A stretch of 64,000 bases of DNA from contig CM074518.1 of assembly GCA_037379345.1 (NCBI GenBank), forward strand, positions 46,465,586 through 46,529,585, written 5' to 3'. The stretch is from Perna viridis. Lineage: Eukaryota. The first letter of the stretch is position 1, and each line of letters opens with the position of its first letter. The notes under the pieces were generated by a model. It ran no database searches. It was given only the letters and a program-made list of their open reading frames with translations, and was not told the DNA's origin. A program made the translations under genes and the position numbers. Positions 12,648-24,600 of this stretch are shown piece after piece.

Positions 12648-15600
12648 TCATAATTGTAAGATGTTCTTTTCTGCTGAAGATTTGATGGATGATAATAAGT
12701 GTCCAAACTTTGCCAAGTCTTCCCCAGCTCTACGTAAAATTTCCATGGCCTGATCACCTGAAATAGAAGTGAGGATAGATACAATAAAAATCTGCAAAAA
12801 AATACCTCTTAAGAAGGTAGACCTAGGGTAAGGGATATAACTTACAAATCATTGAATCGTTAGTGTAAAATATTTTACATCAATCTAATATAATCATCAG
12901 AGTAACTTGGACTGACTTCATTCTGTTTCAAATGAAAACTTGATAGGCTTTGATGAAACTGAATATGATACAAACATATCACTGATTTCAAGAGTTATGT
13001 CCCTTACCCTAGGTCTACCTCCTTTACCTCAGTGAGATTGATTGATTTATGAGATCCATGGCAAAATTTACCGGTACTTCATGTGATTTGGGATGAGAAT
13101 GTTAGATTAATCAGACAAACCCAGCTTCTGTATACACTAGTCAATGCATTGAGCATGGTAAGCTAGCTCAGGGGTTCAAATTTGCTATCAAGAGTAATAA
13201 CTATGAATTTTTCAAATTTCAAATTATAGATCTTCTTGAGAAAAATGAAAGGTCCTTAATAAAGCGTCATTTTAGGAGATTAGAAGTCAAGGACTCAAGC
13301 CAAAGAGAACTCAAAGGTCCTGGATCAGAAATTGAGGGTCCCAGAACTCAGACAACTGCTAATTTAAACCCTAGTAGCTCACAGAATTGAGAAGAGGATG
13401 AAACATGGTTAAACCAGAAGCTATATTCCTCCCGAACTTTGTTTGTGGGAGTATTAAAATATAACTGACAGTATAAGCTCACTATTGTACCAGACAGAAA
13501 AGAAAGTTTATTTAAAAGACCAGATTTACCAAATCATTTTAGGAGAAACAAAGCTCTATTATCACTTGAAAAAATTTGTGGGAAAATAAGTACATGTATC
13601 GATCTCAATTCCTGTATCTCTCAAAATACTCTGAATTTTTTACAGTATTTTTTAGATGTTGAAGAGAAAAAATAGGTTATTTATTCAATGCTATCATTTG
13701 TAAGAATTAATAGGCAGTGGTGAAAAAAAATTACGAAAGACTTTTCATGAAATCTAATTCAAAATGCTATCTGAAATGCAGAAAAGGCATTTATCTCTTT
13801 TTTAAGTCTCAGTATTGTATAAAATGTATTGCAAGTTCAACATTAAAGGGAGATAACTCACTTTTGCTCTATCATTCTAATGTAACTTTGAACTTGCTTT
13901 TCTGCATCCTCTGACAATTGAACTGTCAATTTGTCTTCAAAAAAGCACAAACTACATTTACATTTGCCAACATTGCCAAATTTGTGAGTTTTTATTTGAG
14001 CATGATTCATTATTTTACTGAACATGATTCATTATTCTTCAATTTTGCCTGATTCTTACAGATTCCAGTACTTCACAATGAAGTTGAATTATGATACTTA
14101 CTGGCTGATGGTAAACAAGTCCTTTTTTCAGGTGACACAATAGGTTCCAGTTCATGCAAGGTAGATAACCCTGTCTTATCACAAATATCCAGAACTTCTT
14201 GTTCCACACTCCCAGTATTTGATTCAGGAAACATTTCATTAGCAAGTTGTAAAACTTTACGAGCCCTGTCTAAAATTTCTTCTTCCGAGTAAGGTCCATG
14301 CCCAAACTTTTCTGGATTTGTAATATCCAGAATATGATGAACTAAATGTTCCTTAGGACTTGGTGAAATCTGATGTTCATTGCTGTCTAAAACACTATCC
14401 CCGTCATAATAAAATGAGTTTGTGGGCAAAGAGCCAAACTGGGCAGTCAAGTTTGTATGTTGCATTTCCTGAAAAGTAGACTGTCTCTGATGTGGCCCAT
14501 CAAAGGTAGAAATCCCAGTAGAATTTACTGGAAACTGATTGGTCAAATTAGACGTTGACCCACTAGCCGTATCTTGACTTGTCAATTGTAAGCTAGTAGT
14601 CTGGTACCCAGTATCGTGACTGGTTGAATTAGGTTGTACTACATTCTCACTTGTAAATTCCATTTCTGCAAAAGAAGTTTCTCGATTCACCAGAAGACTA
14701 GATGTTTTTATATCATCAACATCTGCAAAACGAAGATTTTTATGAACAGCAGCAGGTTCAAAGTCCATTGCAGTATCATCAAAGTTTTCTAATAGCTGTT
14801 TATGTCTATGGCGTCCAAGCGTTGAAACTTTCCGACATGATTCAGCTTTCTTGAGTTTTTCCTCATTCACTTCAGCAGGTAGTGGAGTCTTCATATCCTC
14901 ATCTGAATCTTCATGTAATTCAGCTAAAAATAGATAACACAAATGAATAAGCAGAAAATAGAAAACTTGGAAGATAGGCAAGCATTATCTTATCAGATTT
15001 GTAAAATAAAAGAGCTAAATATTTACCTTGAATAAACCAAGATATGAATACATACATGTATGTTTTAACACAAAATTTTATAAATAATTAGGTTCATTAA
15101 TTATGGCAACTTTGTCATTCATGTTAAATATTTTAAAAATAATAATTTTGGCAATTTTCAGTCAATGGTATCTGCTTTTTTTTATATAGTGAAAGCATTG
15201 CCATTGCAATTATGTTTTTGAATTTACAGTACACTGCACCACAATTTTTGTAGGGTGCTACTTTTGGCATATTTAAGCGGTCTGTCTAAAAACAGCACCA
15301 TAATTTCTGCCCAAATATGGACTCTGGGCCAAAACACTTGACGTTCCACTAATCATCAAATTTAGAAAGGCAAAAATATTTTTATACCTTTTTGCTTCAA
15401 ATTTTACATCTGCCAAAATAACTTACTTAAAAGTAATAGGTCTCAAAGATATTATCAGAGAATCACTTTAATTCTCTCTATCTATAAATAATCTGGATTA
15501 ATTTGTGAATCGTTTAATTCTAAATTTAACAATAAAATTAGCCAGAACCAAAAAATAGTTTACAACAAACACATAACCTTACTGCCTGACAGAATGCAAA

Positions 15601-18600
15601 CCATAATATCCCTCTGTCCAAAAACAAGGCATCTTTAGTTTATTAAGATGGCATTCAATTAGTGCTTAAATAGTAATGTTTTATAAATTTCATTTTTTTT
15701 TTTTTTTTTTGTATACAGCCTTCCATTAGGCTCACGCTCAGTTAGTTTTCCCGTGTGGTAAATTCATCATTTTCCTGTAAAATTATGGTTGAACATTTCT
15801 AGAAACTTTACAGGAAAGTTTTGCATTCACCTTGTGAAGGTAACGAAAAAGCATTTTCAGAAAAATAGCATGAAATAGTTTGTTGAGATTTTTTGACCAT
15901 TTTTTATTTTGTTAATGAAAATTCAGTAAAGCATGCAAAAAACAGACCAAACATTATGAAGCCAACAAAAAAGTAGAGAATTGGCAATAATCACAAGTAA
16001 ATTAATGTTCAAATGGTAAAATTAGGATTTTAAAATTAGGCTTTCCAATGGGTACAAACTTTATATGTATGAGGCAAGCATGAAGCCATTAATCTTTTCT
16101 TAAACAAAACAAACTGATGACAATAACATGTACATGTAGTATTTTCTTCTGAGCGTGTATCATCACCTACTTTTATTGACATATCAGTAAAGAAAAACAG
16201 TAAAACTACCTCCCTTGTCAATTTTTAAATCTAAAAATAAAATAAAAAAAAATTCATTCATGTTTCACACATTCCAAGTTTTCTATAGATATAACTTAAT
16301 TTCCTTTAGGCTATTCTCCATTTAAACTTTTTCTCCACTCCCTATGGTAAAATTAAAATTTTAACATGGTTACTAAAGCTTGCAGGTTCAAAACATTAAA
16401 TGTACCATCTCAAGTAGAGAAATGATTTAAATTACTTATTTCTGACGGAGAATTAATACTTCTCTTCATTTTTGGTGGCAATAAAATGGTAAAAAGAAAG
16501 GTCTCCCCCACCACCCCTCTCAGTGATTATCAAGAAAAATATCATGAGAACCAAAGATTCACTTAATAGGGCTTTAACTGTACCAGGTTGAGATTCAATA
16601 AATGATCCATCAAAAGGCGGAGACATGACAGGACATGCCAAAGCTATTGGAGAAAAACCAGGACTGTCCAGGTTTTTACTAGGAACATGTACAGATGGAG
16701 TTTTGACGGCTATTGGAGATACACCAGGGCTGTCCAGGTTCTTGTTAGAAATGGACGGAGTCTTCAGTAATACTGCTGGTTTTATTGGAGATATCTCTGG
16801 ACTAACTAGTGGTTTGGCTAAATGTTCCTCTTTGATTAGAGAGCAGTCATCCTCAACAAAACTTCCATCATGTGGATTAAATAACCCTGATGATCGAACT
16901 CTAGCTGTAATAGATAAATGAACCTTTTAGCAAGCTTTACTAGTAAGCTTGTTATTTCACTTTTCATCTTTTAAGCATAGTTAACACTGTAATAAAATGT
17001 CAAATTAAAAAAAAGAAAAAAAATAAGTCTGTTTAAGGTAACTCTATTTTTTTCTGCCTACTCTAGCACATTTTATTGGTACTTTTTATGAAATGCCGCT
17101 TAACAATCATTTTTTACTTGACCACTATGAAAGTCAAGAAATTCTCCCAAATGTGTCTATATAAAATAATAAAAAAAAATTTAAATTCATCTTCCTACCT
17201 ACCCCATCTTCTAATTTGATGTAACATTAAACAGACATATATTTTTTCTTGGCCTTATTGATATACAGTGAAACCTGTCTACATCAAAAGTCCTGAATAT
17301 TCCAAAAATCTGTCTATACCAGATATTTTTTAAAGTCCATTGATTACAATATCCATGCACTTTGAACCTTGGTAAACTGAACCCTGTCTAAACCATACCA
17401 TTTCATAGGGTTTACTTCTGATAGGTTTCGATGTATTAAGTCCTCAACATGTGACTCTCTAAAAAGGGTGCAAATTATGTACTGATATTTATGAAAATAA
17501 GATGAAATTTGAATAGGAAACAAGTGATAGTCACATTTGTTGTTGTGGCCTACTCTATTCAAGAAATAAGTCATAACTTCTAAAGGAGGTAAAGTCATAA
17601 GGGCCTACAGCCTCAACATCAACAGACTACAGAAAGATAGGATGTAAAGCATAGCCAATCTATCAATCTCTCATGGTCATAAAGTTTAGACTTCACCAAA
17701 ATCTACATCAATCCAGAGGAATGATCCGAATGATATTTAACATTAACTTGAAGCACATAAAAGAAGTTATTTGAAAGGATCCGAGCACACTTTGTACTTT
17801 GCCATTTACTGATAAAGTAGATATTTTGCTGACATTTTCATTCTTTGAACTTTAAAAACCCTTGTTTATACTAAAGTCTGTGTATTTAACAATATGTAAG
17901 CAAAGAAATTAAAAAACTCAATTTTCCTCTGAGGAAGATAATTTGGACTATTTTGCTATCATATACTCTTAATCTCTTTATAGAGAACTACTGTTTTATT
18001 GACATAACCAACAGACTTAACCTAGAAAGCTAATTTCTATGGCAAAAAAAACAAAGAGACAATCATTGTGAATTTCAGTTAACAAAATATGTTAATATGT
18101 TTTGTTTAGGATATATAGGTTACATCTGTAAATGGTATTTCTCTTATATAAATGAATGCCTATTTACACATATGGTCGTATAATTACCACACCAATTTTT
18201 TTTCTCAGAAAAGATTATTACAACAATTTAATAATCTTACTACCTTGATTGATTTATATACCTGAATACTTACACATATATGTTAAACCCCAACAAACAA
18301 ACAAACTTACACATATGGCCATGAACAATAGGGGAAAAGTCCAGATTATCCAGGAAATCTTGCCCAGGTGTTCTCTTGTATAAAGGGGTGTGCAAGTCTT
18401 TTACATTCTTTATTGGACTAGATGAAAACTGGCTCTGAAAGAAAAAAAATAAAGAAAATGTATTGTGAACCTCAGTAAACTGAACACCTGTCTAAACAAA
18501 ACAAATTTTAAACTTGAAAAAAAAATGACTGGATTAGATAGGTTTTATCATTTTGTATTTGAATGCATTTGTTTCTTACCTGTGGATCATCTGAATATTA

Positions 18601-21600
18601 GCATGTTTTCTTTTTTTTTGGAGAAATTTCATCAAATTGAACAATTCTGTAAACAAACAGGACATTGAAATGTTAAATAAAATACATCTTGGCATTAAAA
18701 CTTTACTGGAATATGAGCTATGGCAAGAAATAAGAGCCATCTTTCCACCATGAGACAAACTTTGGTTTTTAATGATTGATGTTAAATAACAGCCTGATTG
18801 GCATCATACTTTTTCACCTTTCTGTCAAGTGTGCAGATGATTCATTTAACTAATTAAAAGTCAATTTTGGAAATGTTCCAGAACGGAAATATAAAATTTC
18901 TGAATTTAACCGTAATAAAAATTGCAGGTGCCAGAGGGTTTTCTAGGGATGCGGCATGGCCTGAGAACCTAGCATATTTTTTTTTTATCCTAAGTAGATT
19001 TCACTTGTTTAGAATTATTTTTTAAAAAACTGTATGTTGAAATTTTCTGATGACTCAATTCAAATTTATTTCACACGAAGTTCATCATAAAATTAATTCA
19101 CTCTATACTGACAGGAGAAAATAATTTGGAAAATATTTCTACTCTCAAAGATACATTCTTACCCTTGATGGAGTTTTTAAAGGTGTGGCCTCAGTTTTCT
19201 GTGGAGTTTTAGATGAAAATGCTAGAGGAGATGATACTGCATGTCCTCCATACATTCCTTCTCTATCAGAACAGCTTCTGTAATAAATATTGTAATCATA
19301 CAGACAAAAAGACATAAGATTTCCAATTAAAGATATAAAAAAATTCTGCAAGCATTATTACTTGTATGCAACAGAAGGTTAGTCAATGTATAACATGGTT
19401 TGAGCAAGATCCCCTTTTTTTTTTTTTATCTCTGAGAAGTTAAATAATACCCTACCAGTGCACCAGGTCCAAGCTCTGAGTTTTGAGGAGAGTCCAGTCT
19501 GCTCATTTAATTTTGTTTCTTTGCATGTATTATAAATGATTATATCATGGATATTTCATATACTTTTTGTGAAGGTTTTTTTTTGCGTCATCTATATGTC
19601 AAGACTTTTTTCAACATAAGTGACAGACCTTGATGCTGACAGAACTTAGGCCATAAAATTAAATTCTGAGATACTCATTCCTGCACAATCCAATTTTTTT
19701 CATTTTCAAAAATCATTTAAAAAAATTTCATCTGTATCTTGTCCAGATCAGATTTATAATAGTCGTTATTTAGTAATTTCTGATTAGTAATTCAGTTTTC
19801 AATCCTAAGGTTCCAAATTGATGAAAACTGGTACAGTTGGAGCAGTAGAGACACATGAGCTTTAAAAAAAAATGATTTCAATACATTTGTTCTAGTAAAA
19901 AAATTCACCAAGCACAAACAGACGATGATAACAACAATGCTAGTTTTTCAGCATGAGTGAGTTACTGTTGGAAAAATAAGAAATAAAACTTATCCTCCAC
20001 CCAAATTTCTCAAAAAAAATATTGTATGAGAATCTAAGAATTTATCATTATGGCCTTGATTTATATACAGTGAAAACAGCCAAAACTAAATCCTTTTAAA
20101 GAATGGATCTGTTTGAACAGATGTTCTGTTTATAAAAGTTAACACAGGTAAAACAGTATATCCCCCACTTCTACTGAGCAGGGGTATAAAATACATTTAA
20201 ACAGATAAAAAGAGATTTTAAATGGTTTATATGTGTTTCTGGATTATTTAAGGGTCAGTCTCTGTAAGAATCAGGCAGTGAGTGAAACATGGTATTAAAA
20301 AAAACACCATTTTGAAAGTTCAATTTGACTGTTGAATCATAAGAAACAAAAAAAAATACAAAATTTTCCATATCATGTTGGTGCATATTGTTATCATTTC
20401 ATTGAAATGTACAGAAAATGAATATTTCAAGGGCAGACAACTCTGTCAAAAACATAATTTTTCTAACATTCTATTGAAAAATTTCTGAGCAAATCCAGTA
20501 ATTCAGAGATCAAATCATGGTCTTTCCAAATAGAGAAAGTATCATTGAGAGAAATTATATTGTCAGATTAGTGGGTTTTTGACATGCATGTTTCTGAATT
20601 TCCCATTTTGCCTGATTCTTACAAATACTTACACTTGAGGTTCACTTAAAACAGGTTTCAGTATCATAGGTAAGTATTGAAGAGGAAGGATGATAAATTA
20701 CAACTTACTTCACAGGACTTAATGCAATGCCAGAGTTATCTCCCTGGAAAAATAATTTCCTTCGTAAAGAAGATGTACTCAACATCTCTTGGTTTTCTTC
20801 TGTATTCTGTTCAGGCTGCATGTATTGCCCTATAAATACACAACCATGAAACCATAATACCTTGTTAAGGGTACTAAAGCAATTTAAATTAAATTTGTTC
20901 TTGCCAACATAAAACACATTTCCAAAGTTCAAAGCACAGGAGTTCTGAAGTGCAGAAGTTTCCAAGGAACTGCACTTACAGACAGGAAAAAAAAATATGT
21001 CTCCCCAAACATAATCATGAGACCAGAGAATTTTTCCTTCCAATTTTCAAAATATGATAGAATGACTGGTTCAAAGCTAATTCTAACCTGCAAAAAGACC
21101 GCAGATTTTCTTTTAATTTGCAAAGTGCAGAATAATAATACAGTTGATTGATTTTAGTTATGAATATTCCTAGCTAATGGGACATGCAGTTTATTTTCAC
21201 TACAATGGACTTCATAAGATGATTTATATAAACTGACCACACACTGCTGTTAATATGTTTGTATTTTATTTTATATTATTTTTTGCATGACCTTTTTATA
21301 AGCACAAGAACAGTTTAATTTAAAACATACATTTTAAGAAAACGGCGTTAATCTAGCAAAATATGTTTGACACCCCTTTTTAAAATTTGTTGTAATATTT
21401 TACCATTTAATATAAATATCAACAGTTTAAGTAGCAGTCATTTTAAATATTAGACAATAACCCACAAAGACACTTTGACTTCTTAATTAGAAATGGTAAC
21501 CTACCCACATAACCAATCTTAGCTTTTCATAAGGTACATGTACATGTAGCTGCACTTGTAAGACAAAAATAATATAGATTTTACTTTAAACTGACAATTT

Positions 21601-24600
21601 GCAAGAGTTATCGTTCTTAATTTAAGTGGGAGATGAATGCATGGTTATCTAAAAAATACACATCTGTTTGCAGAAATGACTTTAGTTATGTAAAAAATAT
21701 GGTACATGTTGATTGAAAAAAAAACATTGTTTGTTCCATGCGTTTATTGATCATGAATTACCATCGACTGTCTGAATTTTATATAATTATAAATCATATA
21801 TATAAATATATGCTGCCAAAAATTATGATATTAAACACAATATTTACCAAAATTAATACTGTTTACTAAATAATACAAACCTAACATTCTTTATTTCAAT
21901 TATATACACATTACTTGAAACTTGTCAAGCTTCCAAATTACACATACCTAAAACTTTGTAGACATCAAAATCAACAGGAAGTGACAACATAGTTTGACAG
22001 GAAGCTGTAAAAGAAAACCAGTAATAAACCATTCGGTTATATATCTTTTTATGTAATTTAAGATTTATGAAAATTATCCGTAAAACTGTGATTTTACCTG
22101 AATACTATGAAGAGTTTCAGTATTGGTAGAGCATTGTTTGCCGTATATACTTGTAGAAAATACAAAGATTTTATAAGTTAAACACTTCTGTAAATGGTGT
22201 ATTTTTCTTGGTGCATTGCAGGTATAAACCTGCACTGCTACATGCATAATTCCAGTCCAGGAATCCACCTCATCTTGTTTTTTTAATATAGGGAAAACCC
22301 TTATCTTACGAATCCTCAAAATAAAATCTTTGTAATGTTTTCAGGGGATTCCCTGAATTCACTCAAACTTTTAAAGACCTAATTTGACAGTTTATAAATC
22401 TCCATATCAAAAACAAATACTGCAAATAACCTTTTTTTTTGCCTTAGATACAAAACTATACATGTACACACATTTCATTTTTTACTTTCTTCAGATAATC
22501 CCTATAGTGCAAGTTTTTTTCCTTTTGTTTTTTGTAGTTGGAATGTATACTAAGTAAAGAAATAAATGGATATTGATAAATTCATGATTTACTTTTTTTT
22601 TTTTTTTTTTTGAAAATGATGGATGATTATTGGATTTGAAATTCTTGTTGAGTAAATTCATTAGCAATACTGCTTTTAAAGTTCTTTGTTGAAAAAAAAA
22701 CACCTACAATGTATTAAGTATAATATGAAATAATATCTTATTAAAAAAATGTGTTGAGAAGAGACATAGAACAAAACACACAGTTAAGTACATGTATATG
22801 TAAATAAATCTATCAGAAATCATGTGATGTGCATGCAAAAGCAATAAGTTATCATTTTGATTAATTGGTAAGTAGTCAATGACTCATGAATATCTTTAAA
22901 ACATGCTAATCTCATAGATAATTGGCTTTCTCTAATTTTGCTTCAATTTTCATACCGATTGACCGTTGTGGAAAAAAATGTTCTCATCACTAGTGACTTT
23001 TTTGTTCTCATAGTTCGATTGGCTTAGAAATCAATTGTCTTGGACTCCCATCTTGAATCACCTCAATTGCCATTGTAGTTAAATGAGATAATTTTGGTGT
23101 TTTCTTACCTTAAATAAGAATTATGAAGGGACTGAGGAATATTTGAAGTGAAAAAACCTTTGAATTCCTATGGTTTCTTTTGTTTGTGATGTTTGCGTTT
23201 GTGTGACGTCAACATGTTTCCTATGAATCGGAATTATAACGTTTCGCGCGCTTTTCATTTTTGGGGTTTTTTGACGTTTTTAGGGCTTCAGAGAAACAGA
23301 ATCTACACTCATAGCTTGTTGATTATGAATTTCTTGACAAGCCTCATGATCAAAACTATAAATAACTCATTATCAGTGTAGATTCTATATTTACAAATGA
23401 TGTTTTATGAGTCAATGAAACATATTTCTAGCTATTATAAAGACCATGTCCCACAATTACCACACACTACTTTTATTGATGGATGTGTATTGCCTATATT
23501 TATATTCTAAATAATAAAAACTGTGTTCACCACCACTAACGCTTTGATCCAGATGTAAGAAATGTAATTTTAAGAGCTGAACTTTAATTTTCATATTTTA
23601 TGTTTCATCAGCTTGTAGAAATATTGCCTGATTGCACATTTTCCACATGAAGCACTAGCATGATCAATGTTTTCACACACCAATGAAACATAACAAATGA
23701 AACATTCAATTCTTAAATGATGGATCACAAAAACAGTTAAATGGATTTTTAAGGAACCATAGCATGGTGCTAGTTTCTAACATTTTGAACCAACCTTCTT
23801 TCTTCACTTTACTGGTTCCAGGTAACTGTTTCTGTATTGAACCCTGAAGCTCTTCATGTAGACACCCTAATCTCTGTCCACCTAATAATAAACAGTACAA
23901 AGAAGATACTTTTATTCAATGGAAAGTATTTTCCATAATAATGACCAAATCTCTGGTCTAATTTAGAGCTATGCTTTGATGCATCTGCAAAAAAAAAAAA
24001 CAACTCTAAAGAAGTATATTTCAAAAACAAAATATTGATAGTAAAGACTTCAAAATTCACAAGTCCATGCAAAATTTGAAGTGAATCCTGTTAAGCATTT
24101 TTAATATGCAAAACAAAGAAAACAATATTAAGAAAAATGGTTTCCATGAAAAGAGCAACAAAACATGAACCATAAATGCTACACACAGAAAATTGTACTT
24201 TACATGTTTTTTATGGAGGTAAAAAACCTAACTCTTAAAATCAGTGATATGTTTGTATCATACTCAATTTCGCCAAAGCCTATCAAGCTTTCATTTGACA
24301 CAGAATGAAATCAATCCAAGTTACTCTGATGCTTACATGAGATGGATGTCAAATGCTAAATACAAACGTTCCAAAGATTTGTATCCCTTACCTTAGGTAT
24401 ACCTCCTTAATTTATGAAATGATTTGGTTAAGCAGGAAATTACTACCTGAAGCAGGAGTGGCGTGTGATCCTGGAGCAGGAGATGGAACAATCAGATTAT
24501 TTTGGAAATAAGTATCAATAGCTCTCTGCGCTTTTTCTTCTGTCTCTTTGTCATGTCTACAATTACAACAAAATCAATTTATCTCTAGAATAAGAGCAAT

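Noticed and set aside
16625-16921. Plus-strand repeat-containing ORF (also 27718-28038, 50622-50951, 36328-36519)
   Set aside because: These are antisense shadows of real BORA, CNBD and MZT1 exons.
22955-23108. Extra BORA exon
   Set aside because: In-frame stop, and it lies within a probable MITE.
23902-23909. U12-type (minor) intron donor GTATCTTC in BORA
   Set aside because: It deviates from GTATCCTT, and no TCCTTAAC branch point precedes the next acceptor at 22005.
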